Part shown: piece after piece, positions 37,747 to 51,500 of the stretch | How the letters are laid out: every line of letters starts with the position of its first letter | Numbering within the stretch: position 1 is the stretch's first letter | Origin: Monocercomonoides exilis PA203 | Lineage: Eukaryota; Protista; Preaxostyla | Length of the DNA: 64,000 nucleotides | Assembly (NCBI GenBank): GCA_001643675.2 | Contig: LSRY02000046.1 | Coordinates: 434,001 to 498,000, forward strand | Direction of reading: 5' to 3' | Position numbers and translations under genes: made by a program | The notes under the pieces: model-generated | Seen by the model: only the letters and a program-made list of their open reading frames with translations | What the model was told of the DNA's origin: nothing | The model's database searches: none

Positions 37747-40700
37747 TTACAATGAGTACCCAACCATGTCTTGTGTCACATCATCACTTTCCATCTGGAT
37801 CTTCTTTCTCTCATCGTCCAGAAGAGGCTCTCTGCTCATGCGACCTTTAAAGCTTGATGCCTTCCACTTCTTTTTGCAGCAGCCACAGAACAATTTCCCG
37901 CTGAATATAAATTCCACCACCGGAATCAGCTTCCCAATGTAATTCAAATACACAAAAGTTCCTCCCAATGCAGTGATCAGACCAACAGCCGACGTCTTAA
38001 ACGACCTCGTCGTCACAACCACCGTCTGTGACAGCTCCACAAGCACATCCACTCCCACACTAAGCGCAAGGCTTAATCCGCTGTTCTTCACTTGAGAGCC
38101 TGGCTTGATTGAAATCCTGCTCGCTTCGTGCCCCATCTGCACAATGTGCTTCCACTTGTTCTCCTCATACTTGCTAACCATCAGCTCAGCAACAACCTGC
38201 GTTTGTTCTCCGCCTTTGAAAATATGCGCTGGATCACCATCAAAATGACTTTCTGCTTGTGACTGGTACGAAGAGTCAATGAAGAAGTACCCTTTCTGCT
38301 GTGTTATTCCGGAATCAACTGAAATGAACCCATCGATTCCATAAAAGAACGCATCTTTCTCTTTCGAATAGAACGACAGAAGTTTTGCTCTTCTTTCAAT
38401 CGTATCAACGCTTATGTTTTCTCCTGAAAGTCGAATTGAACAGTCTGTTGTTGATGCGAATAATTTGTTTGGAGACGGAGACTGACTGCATCTTGGCTCG
38501 ATAGCAACCGGTTCAGTGGGATAAATATCTAAAAAGTTTCATTTTGAAACAACAAGCAAAGCAGATTATAAAACAAGAAATATGAAAACAATTTATTTTT
38601 CAAAGATAAACTTTAATTTTTTTGAAAAAAATTACAACAAACTTAGTGGGTCATATGACGTTTTTCCAATCCCAAGAAGTGAAGAGCATTCTCCTTGTGC
38701 TTCAGCAAGTTTATCTTTCACATCCTTTACGCATTCCCCCGAATAATCTCTCAACCGAATTATGAACTCCATCTTTTTGTTGGTGTATTTATCCAGCGTT
38801 ATATTCTGGACTTTTGAGTCAACATAAATTCGATTCTCGAGCGTGTTGATCAAAAAAAATAACACAATTACTGCTGAAGCTGCACCAACCACAAAGCAAA
38901 TGCCAATTATCGAAACACATCCCCCATAACTCGTTTTCTTAACAGTCTTTATAGCTTTGTGTGTCTTTTCATCCAGAACATCCTTGTAAGTGTTGGAGTA
39001 TTGATCCAGTTTGTACAGTTTGTCTCGTGTTGGCAGGCAAAAGCACACAACAGCTACAATCAAGCCAAGTGTCAGTGACACACCATAAAACAACACTGTG
39101 AACATTGTTTCTTTGTTCGAATTAGGATCATACGATTTTGGCTGCTCTGTGCACTCAAACGGCTTTCTCTGCAACGTGTTGTTGTTTGCAGCTGACCCAA
39201 CAATACAGCTACTATTTGATTCACAATCCGTGCAATTATAATGGTTAATTTCTGGCATGTATGTGCCTTCTTTACAAGGAACACATGAATAAATCGATGA
39301 TCCAGATCCCCATGAATCTGAGCCAATTGGGCATTTTTCGCATTCTGTTTGGTTCAAGCGCGAAGAATATGCTGCATGATCACAAAGATCACATTTATTT
39401 GTTTCATTGTTAAAATATGATCCTGGAGCGCAGCCAGAAAGGTGACTCTTCAATTTTATTCTTGTGAATTTGTTTGTGGCAATCGGAAGTGGAGTCATTC
39501 TGTCGCTAACTGCATAGCCGCCGAGACAATAAAGTGAATCAAGTGCAAAAGCGCAACTACCGTGCACTATAGGGAAATCCATTTCCTCTCTATCCTCGTC
39601 ATATTTGTGTGTGGCAAGTTTGATTTCTCCGTATTCATCGAAAGTGGACATGGATAAGTATGATTTCTTTGCAACGCCAGATTCCTCTCCTCCAACAACA
39701 AATACAATTTCTCCGTCTCCAACAACAACTCCAGAGCTACCAATAGGGAATTTTGGACCCTTTAATTTTATCCATCCTCCATAAGAATCTGAAACCTCGA
39801 GCGGATGCGCAAAACAAGCTTCGACTGGCTTTTCTCTTTCATCTCCACCACAAACAAATAAATGTGGAATTGGCTTTTGATCATCTCCTTTAACTTTTTC
39901 GTTCAAAGCTTTCAACTTTTCCATTTCATTATTCAAATATTGGCTTTTGCTTTTTTTAGGATAAATTAAGTGTTCTCTTGGAATGATGCTTTTCACAAAT
40001 ATTGTTGGTCTCTGAACCGCAATGCGCATTTCCATAACTTTGAGCCATTCTGATGTGGCAAAATTGAATGCCCATATGCCTTTCTGCAGAATTTTGTTCA
40101 TATCGCAACCTCCAGCAATGTATAACACCGATTCATATATTGTGGCACCAGAACGGCACATTTTCGGTGGTTTGAAATCATTTTTCACTTTTATCTTTTG
40201 CCAAGAATGTGAAACGTCATTGTATTCAAAAAGGTCATTGCTCATTGTTGCAAAATCTCCATTGCTATCATAAGTCGCTCCGCCAAATTCAAAAATTCTT
40301 CCATTTAACGCAGCAACTGCAGCTTCAGCAACAAAAGGTACGTCTTCAGAACAATATTGAAAATCAAACGGTTCTATCCATTCCCCATAATAAAGATCAA
40401 ATAATCTGTTAATTGCCATCATTTTCTTTAACTCAGGGTTGTATCCTCCCACGATAGCTATTTCTCCATTCAATTCAGCAAGATGATGTTTTGTCACAGG
40501 AAGTGAAGTATCATAAAATTTGCCAGACAATCCAATTTCAATGTTTCTCTTATTGTTCAGAATAAAAGATAAGTGTTCCGATTTATTGGTCAAAAATGAG
40601 TTGATGGCTTTTTCACTTTTTGAGCCTGTCCATTCTTTTTTTGATGCGCGATGAAGTTTGTTTGTTGCATAATCTCCGTTTTTTCCGCCAAATGCATACA

Positions 40701-41667
40701 AGGTTCCTTCTTCATCCATCGTGCAAGATATTCCCATTAGACCAAATCCAGAATTAAATATGAAACCATATAGCGTGAAATTTTTCACGTTAGGGTTGAT
40801 CCCAGTTGCAGTCAGATTCAAAACAAATAAGATATCCAACGGTTTTGCATTTGTTCCTTCCTTCCCGCAATATATAAATCCGAAACATTCTGTTTCCGAA
40901 GTGTAACTTGTTAATCCAGATCGAAAAATAGCTCCACTAAAAGGATAATCAGTAATTATTTCAATTAACTGGCAATCATCAGGATTTGACAGTTTCATCC
41001 TGTAAACATTTGGATTGTCATCAATATTATTTGTCAGACCTCCAAAAACAAACAAATAATCTTTGAATACGCATGCTCCCCCATCGCGAAGCGGGGGTGG
41101 ATTTTTTGTGGGATCATTTTCGCGCAAGCAATGCCACAAAAATGTCTGTTTGTCCAGTTCCCACAAATCATTCAAAAGTCCATGAATTCCCTGTCCACCA
41201 AAAATATAAACGTGAGACGACGTTTCCGCCGTGCAGGGGGCATATCTCTCGCAAGGTATTCTTCCTGATTGCGGGAAGATTTCCCAAGAGCCTCGTTCAA
41301 ACTCAAATGAAAGCAATTCTTTGCAAAGTCCACAACTGGTTAATCCACCCCAAATATACATAATGCCTTCAACGCAAAATGATACGCACATGTACCGATC
41401 GGGAAGAACATCAAGATTTGTCGTTGGAGCAATATTCCACAAATTCCGGCTCAAATCATTAAAATATGCATCTTTAATGATATTTCCATCAACACCCCTT
41501 CCACCACCGATAAACAATCCTTTTCTTTGTGGGGTATTGATGAAATGGAAGAATGATCCTTCTCGGGGACAAGGTGGAGAGCCAAATTTTGGCACACTTT
41601 CAACTGCTTCCACCAAATCCATATCTTCAGAGAAAACGATTTGGATGTAGTACAAAAATATAAGCAT
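37747..41667 (-). CDS. Kelch-repeat, Cys-rich (TNFR/GCC2-GCC3-like), three-TM surface protein, ~1,270 aa
   Basis: Signal peptide; about 12 kelch GG motifs (YIWGG, YIFGG, FVFGG, YAFGG...); CAPGSY...CEKCPIGS...CVPCKEGTY; three hydrophobic helices. One intron 38529-38642 joins ORF 38632-41667 in frame to ORF 37747-38181. Confidence 0.85.
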
Positions 41668-41745
41668 AACAATGTGATAAACTTATAATTCGAATCTTCC
41701 CCGTAGTTATTAAAAAAACAATTTCTTTAATAATCAATTTTATAA

Positions 41746-41967
41746 TGGGTATTTTCTTGAAAAAGTTGTATGTTTTTCAAATGAATGGAAAATGGAATAA
41801 GCGCTTTTTTTTTGAAGAGAGGTTCAGGAAAATTAAAAAATTTTTATTGATGAATGTTTATCTTCAACTCCAACTATTATAGAATAAATGATATTTTTTG
41901 AAAAATTGTGAAGTCTGATTTGTCAAAGTGCTTTCATTAAAATAAAAGCATTTGAAAAAGAATGAAC
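41746..41967. mobile_element. Possible degenerate MITE of the 4-bp-TSD family
   Basis: GGGTATTTTCTTGAAAAAGT ... TTGAAAAAGAATGAAC at a similar spacing to the intact copies; heavily diverged. Confidence 0.3.
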
Positions 41968-42090
41968 ATTATTTATCGAATTCTCAATGATATTGACTTT
42001 TTGGCTTTTGAATATTTTTATTAATTAATTTATTGGAGAAAAAAGAATAAATGATTCGAATATATATCATGATTGTTTTGAAGAATTTTT

Positions 42091-45000
42091 TAGGCCTCTG
42101 CGACACATATTTTTTGCATGCAATTTGTCGGTCGAATAATTATTCATTTGTCGAAAAGATTGATATGATTGTTTTTTCCCGAATTTTGCAATTCGTGAAT
42201 ATATCTGTATTACCTAAAATTTACTGTTTCTTTCTTTTTTTTTTTATTCTTTTATTTTTTTATTTTTTTATTTTTTGAAATTTTTTAAAAATTTTTCAAC
42301 CATAATAATAATGTATTTTGTGTTTTGAAAACAAATGAGACATTTTTGAAAAAACTGGAGAAGATATATGAAAGGAATCCCAAAGATTGCTGTTTTGTGA
42401 TAAATTCAATGATTATGAATGGAAGATTTTTGTGATATCTTTGCTGTTGATGTGGATTTGATAAATAGCGATAATTTTTACGTTGTTATTTAAAAAGCTC
42501 GAAGAAAAATAACTCATGCATTAAAATTTTTCTATTCTTCTTCTTCATCCTCTTCCATTTCATTTGTTCCTTTGCTTCTGCCCACTACAACACAGCCATC
42601 TTCAATTGACACTCAATTTCCATTTCATGCCACTTCATCACAGCACCTCACATTACACTCTACAACTCCATCTTTCATATTACAAGTGCCTTAACTTTCT
42701 CTTTTTCCTCCTCCTCCTCCTCTCATATCCTTCCTTCACCTCTTCTCAGTCGCTTTAATTAACCCAACTCCATCCTCTTCCCTTCATCCAATCACCTCCC
42801 GCTCTTTCCAGCTCACTCCGTTGTCTCCTTTCTCCACTGCCAGGCTCCTATCCACTCCACCTGCTTCTCTCTTCTGCGGCATTTCTCCCGCACGCACCGC
42901 TCGCCTGCGCCCGCTCGCACAAAGTGTCGATGGAACATTACGTCGTATGCTTTTAAATAGAATTGATTAATTTACAACTTTTTATAATTGATTTATTGAT
43001 AAATTGATTTCTTCGACTTTGTTGATTTTATTTATTTATCCATATCAACGTTTCATAAACATCTCATAAAAGAAGAATCACAACGTCCATCATCAGCATC
43101 AAGACAACAACTTCCCGCTCTTCGTCGACCTTCTTCTCCTTCTTCCTCTTCCTTCTCTTCTTCTTCTTCCACATTCACTCCAGGCCGTCCTGTTGGCCGA
43201 GACTACCCTCTATTCCAAGGCCAAACACAAACGCAATCACAAATTTTGAATCAAATTCAAAGTCAAAATCAAACCCAATTCACTCCTCGCTTCACCAACC
43301 CGTTTGCTTCTGATGATTCAGATGTGATTGTGTGGGAAGCAACAGACAGACTGAAAAACACCAATGCCAATTTCTGTCCATTTTCTGATGCTTCTTCTTT
43401 TTCTTCTTCTTCTCAAATGAGAGCTTCATCTGCTGACGGAGGCGGAAAAAGCAGAAGAATGGTGCTTCCACCTCTTTCTGCTGTGAGACAGGCGAAAGAG
43501 AGAGGGATGACATCGAGGAATGTATATGGAAGAGAAGGAAGAGGAGAAGGAGAAAGAGAAGGAGAAAGAGAAGGAAAAAGAGAAGGAAAAAGAGAAGGAG
43601 GAGAAGGAGGAGAAGGAGGAGAAGGAGGAGAAGGAGGAGAAGGAGGAGAAGGAAGTGAAATCAATAGAAATGGAGATGTGAGTGTGGGTGTGGATGAGAA
43701 TGATCCGATTGTGCAGACAGCAACGATGCTGATGAATTCGAAGATGCAGAGAGCGTTAGCTGGTTGGAATGTGGACAAGCTGAAGGTTGTGTTAATTCTG
43801 TTTATTGAAATCATGGAGTTGATATTTATTTGTGATTATTCTTTTATATATATGTTGCAATTTAAATGATGTCATTTATTTTTATTATTTAATATTATTA
43901 TGATCATCTTTCTTTCTTTATTTTTTTCTTTCTATGTGTATAAATGAAATATCAACCATTCTATTCCACTTCCCTTCACTTCCCTCTTCTTCCCTCTTCT
44001 TCCCCCTCAGGATTTTTCACCCAAAGCAATCGCCACGCTGAGCAAGCAGCTTCATTCGAAGGATCCAGTTGCAGATACCGAGATGCTGTTGAGAGATTTG
44101 AAGTACAACGAGAGGGTGGAAGAGAAGGAAAGGACAAACGGAAGATGGGAGTTTACAATTGATGGGGTTAAGAGAGAAAGACAGGTTTGATAGAAAGGAT
44201 GAAATTTTTTATTTATTTTTGTTTTTTTGAGAAAGAGAGAGAAGGAGAAAAGGAGAGAAAGAGAAAGAAAAGAATTCTGTGATGCGATTGTTGTTTCATT
44301 GCACTTTTTGAGTGACTTTTATTTAGCGATTTAATATTTTTGGTTTTTTTTTGAAATAATTTGATTTTGTGGTGTATTTCATTCAATGATAATCTTCTTT
44401 TCCATTTCACTCATCTTTCTAAACTTTATTACCATTTTCTTGTCAAATTTCTTCGTCACTATCTTCTCCTCCTCCTCCTTCTCCTTCTTCTCCTTCTTCT
44501 TCCTTCTTTTCCTTTTTCTCCTCCTCCTCCTTCTCCTCCTCCTCTTCATCACATGATTTTTCAAAATCTTTTATTTCTTCTTCCTCTTCTTCTCATTCTC
44601 ATTCTTCCCCCTTTCGCCTTCTCTCTTCTTTCAAACAATTTCTTTCGACAAATGTGACGTTTTCCACGTCATCAAACTATTTCATCATTCCAGCAACCTT
44701 CTTTTCCACAGTCCTCTTCGGGTTCGCATGTAGCTCCATCTGATCCTTCATCATCATTTCAGTTTCCTAATTTTCATGTCATCTTGCTGATGCACTCCAA
44801 TAGAGTGACATTTCATTCTCTGGATAATACGGAATTATCTGAACAATGATTCTTCACTTTTTTTGTTTAGAAAATAGAATTTCGACCCTTATATGTTATC
44901 ACAGTTTCATGTTATAGAAAAAGAATCGCATCATATATTTTTGTGCAAATTTTAACTTTGAACAAAAGATTTTTGAAATTATTAGTAATAATAACAGTCT

Positions 45001-45684
45001 TCAAACAACCATTTTATCATTTCATAGAATTACCGCAACAATCAAATGTTATGACTGAAACAACGTTATCAAATATGAATCAAAAATAAAAAACAAAAAA
45101 CATAAAATAAAAAACAAAAAATAAATAAATAAATGTTTGTTGTTTGAAACACAAAATACTCTGTTTCTTCTTGTAAATAATGATTAAAAAGCGTTGTTTG
45201 AACAATGCATCATTTTAAATAAAATTTATCCAAATCATTGAACTTCAAAAAAAGAAATCGAAACAAGCATGATTCAAAAATGAAAAAAAGTGAAATCTTC
45301 AAGTGAGTGAAAGTCTCAAAATAAAAAATAATAATTATTTGTTAAAAAATCATTTATTCACATTTACATTTTACAACTCGACTGATCTTTGTCAAACGAC
45401 AGATCTTTGTCGTTCGACTGATCTCGACAAAGATCTGTCGATAACCCATTTTTATTATTAGAATTTTTTAAAAAAAATAAAAAATTATGATTTTTCATTT
45501 CCACATTTTTTAATGAATATTTATCGATAAAAAAACATAAATTATGATTTTATTTCGTTTTTCATTAACAAAAAATTAAAAAAAAATGAAAAAATCTTTT
45601 TAATAATTAAAAAATTAAACTCGACAAAATTGTTGGTCGAGTTGTCGAGTTGTTTAAAAAATGTCGGTCTGTCGCAGAGGCTTA
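42091..45684. mobile_element. 3.6-kb non-autonomous hAT (Pack-hAT) with captured intron-containing gene fragment
   Basis: TIR TAGGCCTCTGCGACA / TGTCGCAGAGGCTTA (14/15); perfect 8-bp TSD GAATTTTT; subterminal CGAC/GTCG motifs; TIR related to the 11657-26339 element. Confidence 0.9.
42760..43784 (+). pseudogene. Captured host-gene fragment (two exons with intron)
   Basis: Exon ...AQSVDGTLR|GTATGC, AT-rich intron, exon KESQRP...WNVDKLK|GTTGTG; includes (GAAGGAGGA)n. Confidence 0.55.
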
Positions 45685-46820
45685 GAATTTTTATTCAGAT
45701 TCTTGTCTGTGAACTTGGAAAAACAATTGAATAAAACTTTAATAAATATCTTCTCATTTTTGATAGAATTTTTTGTTGCAAAAAAAGATATTTTTGAAGT
45801 GTAACGCTCTGAGCATGAAAACTCAAAAGAAAAAGATAAAATACAGAAAAAAAAAATTTGAAGCTGCAGTGCCTTTTTTTACAATTAAAATAGTGGAACA
45901 AAAAGAAGCCAGGACAGAATTTCACACTTCAGATATTTTCATTGAAAAATTATGAACTTCTGAAAAATTTTTTGTGATTTGGAAATGTGAAAAAAATGGG
46001 TTAATTTTTTGATTAACACATGTGAGGCCTCAAACCATTATATTATCAGAATAATAACTCTTGTTTTCAGACATGAAAATCCAAATTTATTTGAAATTTG
46101 AGAAAGATAAATTAAGTCATGAGCGAACCAAATTTTTTATTACAAATGCGAAAAAATTTGAAAGTTTTTTCCCACAGATGGAAAATGAAATTAATGATAC
46201 AGATAATGAAGACTCACCTTATGAAAATGTTTCAATAGATACTGAAAATCACTTTGCAAAGCTCCACCCAGAGCTGAAAAGAAACACATAAAAAAATGAA
46301 AGTGCCAATCGGCTTGCGAAATTGTACCAATGTGTTTGTAATTATTGCATTCACAGCTCGACTATTTTCATGGAAAAAAAAATTATGAAGATCTGATATA
46401 AAAATAGGATGAATTGTCGCCGAGAGTGCTTTCAAACTCAAAACATCACGTGAATAATCCGAAAAATGAAAACTCTTGATTCGTATAAGAACCACAGAAA
46501 ATTGAATATTTTTCTGTTGTTGATCCTGAATCTGCTGATGGGTTTGCACTTCCATCTGTGATTTCATGACTGAACAAGAGCTTTCCTGATGAAATGAAGG
46601 CGCTTCTGCAACAAACTCACAGCATCTTACAAAGCTTAATTGGCTGGATGATGTGAAAATAATTAAAAATACACTCATAGACAATCCTCCACCCTTCAAT
46701 TATCTATAAAAGAAAACACTTATAATCTTGACACTTTCACCACTTGCTTTTCATCTACTTCAACACTTTTATTAAAGATCCAACATAATAAAGATAATTC
46801 TTTAAAGAGAGTGAAAATTT

Positions 46821-47059
46821 GTCAAAATTTTTTTGTAAAGTTCCTTTTGTCTAATTTTCAAATGGAATAAACATTTCATATTTCGATCAAATTTCTTTTC
46901 TCTCTTATGAAACTTCACAAAAATGGAAATAATAACATTGTCAAGATTTTGTTTTCATTACAGAGAGATTTGGTGAGTGGAAACAGAAATATGATCGAAA
47001 TATGAAAATTTATTTTTTTTGGAAATTTAACAAAATGAACTATTCAAAAAAATTTGGAC
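46821..47059. mobile_element. 239-bp MITE, inverted copy of 16953-17192
   Basis: GTCAAAATTTTTT...AATTTGGAC ends; internal AACATTGTCAAGATTTTGTTTTCATTACAGAG is the reverse complement of 17048-17079; flanks ATTT/ATAT. Confidence 0.8.
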
Positions 47060-47119
47060 ATATTTCAAAATATATTTTAAATAAGTTTAATGTGATTAAT
47101 TTACAGGTGAAAATATAAA

Positions 47120-47255
47120 TTCAATATTTTCATCATAATTTCATTCCAGCTTTCAAAATGTCATTATTTTTGATATATTAACATTATCGAAGTTTTATTT
47201 CGATGCTGATGATATTTGTTAAGCTGAAATCAGAATTTGATGAAAATATTCAATT
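47120..47255. repeat. Degenerate foldback (imperfect ~45-bp inverted repeat)
   Basis: AATATTTTCATCATAATTTCATTCCAGCTT... versus ...AAGCTGAAATCAGAATTTGATGAAAATATT. Confidence 0.55.
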
Positions 47256-48594
47256 TTTTATCATTCATGAATTTTTCAAATTGAACTTTTTCGAAAAATA
47301 TTTAACCTTTTGAAGTATTCATTTTTCTCTGCACATAACCACCCAACCACTCCACAGAGGTATTTTTTCACTTCTCTTAATAAAGCAAAAAATGAAAAAA
47401 TGAACCAACTTGTCCATTGACATCATCATAAAAAAATATATCTTTTGAATATTCTGCCACAAGAAATTCAAGTTTCCATCTCACCTGCTGTCATGAATTA
47501 AACTATCGCAACCACAGGCGTTCTTCAACACAAATCTGGATTGATTCTCATGAAGCTTCCAGTAACTTCGGAATATGCATCTCAGGTTCATGTAAACAGT
47601 TTCGACTTCTTTGAAAAGCTGTTTATGATGAGAAGCTTCTGGGTGATTTGAGTGAACAGAAATGAATTAAAAAAGAAAATAGTCCTGATGAAATAGAATA
47701 TTCAGTTGATATGAAAAAAGCAGAACAAAAAGAAGAAGATAAAATAGAGAAGTTTGCTGAAATAACCAAAACCAAGAGAAAATTTGAAACGAAAAAAGTT
47801 ATCAAATAATACTCAAAGAATGAAGCGGACATTAAGAATGAAAGAAAAATGAAAAAGAAAAGTCACATATCAAGTAAATTTGTTTTTTTTAATTACTTTT
47901 GCCTTTTCTTTCATTTCTTCTTCTTCTTCTTCTTCTTTTCTTTTTTTCCATTTCTTTTCTTTTTTTCTTTTCTTTTTAATTCTTTTTCTTTCTTTTTCAA
48001 TTATTCTGATTTGAAACGTAAATTGAAAAAAGACATTTGTTTGCCAAACACAAAATTATAGAGAACTTTTATAAGTGAAATTGTGAATATTGTTAACGTC
48101 AAGAAAATAACTTTAACAACGATGTTGTGCAAAAAAAAGATATGGATGAGATTATCAAAATTTCATTTCACATTCATCATTAATAATTGATAATCAAAAA
48201 TATATATTTTTTGAAAGTTCTTGCTTGTTAGTTGATGAAAAGCAATTTTTTGATATCACTCTATTGATCTGAAAATCCAAATCATTTTCACAGTTTTGAG
48301 AATTCTTTTCTTTCTTTGATGCTAAATTTCTTTAATTGCTGCCTTATCTTTGATGTAGCATTCTTTTCGTCAACCATCCAAAAAAAAAAGGAAAATAAAA
48401 TGAAAAACCATCTCATTACCAAACAACGGATGTTTTCATTCTCATTTTCATTTTTAGTGAAAAGTTTGTCAAAAAAAATAATAATAAATAACAAAAATTA
48501 AAATCTACATATAACTCAAAAAAATTAAAATTAAAATTAAAATTAAAATTAAAATTCTTTTCCCTTTGAAAAATTATTGAAACTTGATTATTCA

Positions 48595-51500
48595 TCATTG
48601 AAATGAAGCATTTGGCTTTTTTTCCTTTTCAATTGCTTCCAATTCTTTTATATTTTCAATGTTTTCCAGTTCGACTGCGTTAATTTCATTGTGAATAATA
48701 TCAATTGCTTCTCTGCTCACATAAAATGAAGGACATGATAATATTTCAGTGTTAGGAGTTGAAACAGTTCTCTGATGAGTAATAATCATCGATGAATCAT
48801 CTGCTTCAATCTCTGAATCAGTTGCAAAACTTTCCAATTTAGAATGAAGAAGTTCAGGCTGCTCGAAAGCGTAACCGTTAGAATCGTTGTTTTTACCATT
48901 CACAAAAAGTGAAGATGAAAATGGCATTTTTGCGCCAGACTCTTCTTCGAAATGAGTCCAATCCAAGTCGATTTCAACATTTGATTCATCAAATTCTTCT
49001 TCGTTGAAATTCTTTTTGTTATCAGCTTTCGATAATGAGATGAGTGGAAATGGCATGTTAATGCCTTCCGAGAAAGATACTTCGTTCGTCATTGTAATCT
49101 TTTCAATGTTTTCCTTAGAAGTCACGAGTGATGTTTTATTATTTTCAGCTTCTTTAAATTCTTCTCCGGAATTTTCTATGTCTTGTTCCTTTCCTTTGCA
49201 ATTTTTGTCTCCCCTTTCAGTGACATCAAAAAGTGCTCCTTCTTCTCTGCTTAACAATGGAGGGAAAGTTGAATAAATGCAATCGTTCGGTTGATACGCA
49301 GGAATAACTTCAGCATATTTCAATAACACCAACTGTAGCTCCTCGTCCACATCAATTTCATCCTCTTTTTTCTCGTTCTTGCTTTCTTTATCCTGTTTGC
49401 TCATGCAGTAATGATTCCTTTCATAAATTTTTTTTGTATTTGCGTTCACTGAATTTGTTTCCATTAAACTTATATTTGCTATTTTATATTGTTTTTCTTT
49501 CTCTGATATTTCTTTCTCTTTATCTGATATCCTCTTTGACATATACCGCGATCCGGTCCATCCGCTTCTAAAAGCTGTCCAAAAGATGCTCATCAATCCT
49601 GCTCCGCTGTGCATCAAAGGAAGAAGCGGTTGCCCAAATGACTGCGAAGGCAAATGCACCTGTAGTAGAGGTAACATCCCTGAAGGCAACTGCAGCTGAT
49701 GTGTATGCGTTTGTTCAGGATGCGACAGAGAGGCAGTCAGTCGCTCGAAAGGAAATGTTGACTTGATCTGATTGAGTGGATAGAAACCTCTGAATGGAAG
49801 TGCAAACACACCATCCATCTTCAATTTAAAAGGAGTCAAGAAGTATTGATTTTGTCCTGCAAAACTTGTTGAAAGACCACACTTCGCTTTTTCATTTTCA
49901 TTTAATTGCAAAAATTCATAATTTCTGTCTTTGCTATTTGAACAATTAACCTCTTCATGAAAATTTTCTTGCTTTCTTGGAAAGAATGAAAGACACTTAT
50001 TTTTGTGCCTTTTCCAGTTGGGAATGATCCTTCCTTTCAGCTCCGCAACAGCATTTATTCCTAAGTCATACATAAGTGGATCGTTTAACGCAATAATGGC
50101 AGATGTATTGTTCATATCAACAAGCACAAGCGAAGAAGAAGAAGAAGAAGAAGTTGATGATGATACAGATGAAGAAAGCACTGAATTGTCAACAATTTCT
50201 GTTAATTCCATTGGTATTGAAGATAACTCAGAAAGTTGCGATTCGTTCGACAATTCTAAACTTTCATTTTGTTTTTCTGTAACCATGTTCTTTTTCAATC
50301 CATCGTTTTTTTCATCCTTAACATCTCCCAGAATAATGCTTGCATCATCCATTTTCCCTCGTATAAATAAGTTTGCATGCACATGATCATGCAACACCAT
50401 CGGAAAGATAAAGAAAAGCAGAAGCTGCAAAATGGAAGGCAGCGCACGAGTTATTTGGATGATGCTGTGCTGGAAAGTGATATCGATGCAAACAGGCGGA
50501 AGAAAGATTGACTGAAGAAGAAACGAAAAATAATCTATTTCTGAGGGAGAAAGCGAAGAGAACGCTGAAGAAGGATCTTGCTGTTCGGTGGAGAAGCGTG
50601 TGAGGTTCGGATATTGTTGAATGTGTGGAATAAGTGAAGTTGAAGTCAAATACAAAGAAGGAGATTGAAATGAGGCGCACTTGCTTGAATCTTTTTGATT
50701 GTTTGAAGAAGGCTCGGATGCTAATTCTTGTGCAGAAGAACTACAAGGGCTTGGATGCGACAGTTTCGAGTAATAAAAAGGATACCTGTGCTTAAGAAGC
50801 TCGGTGAGGAATGAAACATACAAAGATGAAAAAAGAGGATTATTTTGTTTGAGATTTGCAGATGCGGGAAAATGAAAAGAATTTTCCAATTGCACGCAGT
50901 TATTTTTGTCAATATTCGAAGTATTAATCGGTCCAACAAAAGAATCAGTTGAAACATAATCAGAGGAAGCGGAATCAACAGATAAAGGAGATGATGATGG
51001 AAGAATGTCAGATTTCCCGAACGATATTTCTCTATCATCTTTTCTATGATTGCTGCCTGAATATATCCAATCTTCTTCACTTTCTAATATTTCATCTGAA
51101 TATGACTTTTTGGCTTTGTGAGATTCAATTCTGCTTCTTTGGTTTGGATTGTCAAAATCTTCAGCCCTCATGTTAAACACCCCTCTCTCATCTTCTTGAT
51201 AGGCATTTCCTTCCCATTCATTTTCCTTCTCTTCTTCTTCTTCTTCTTTTATTCTTTCTACATTTTCTTCTCTAATTCTTTCCATTTCTTCTCTAATCTT
51301 TCTCTCTTTCTCCGCTTTTTCTCTTTCATTTTCCAAATATCTTCTTCGTAATTCTGCATTCAGCCACGTTTGGAACGGATACTCAAATGAATGCGTTCGA
51401 TGCTTTTCAATTCCTGGCGGGGGTTTTGTGGGCGCATGCACATCAAAGACTATCATCGGATCCGAAAAATACTGCAAAGAAGACAAAGGAAGAGACAAGG

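Noticed and set aside
45378-45440. CRISPR-like array
   Set aside because: Short units in mixed orientation, no unique spacers, no cas genes; explained as hAT subterminal repeats
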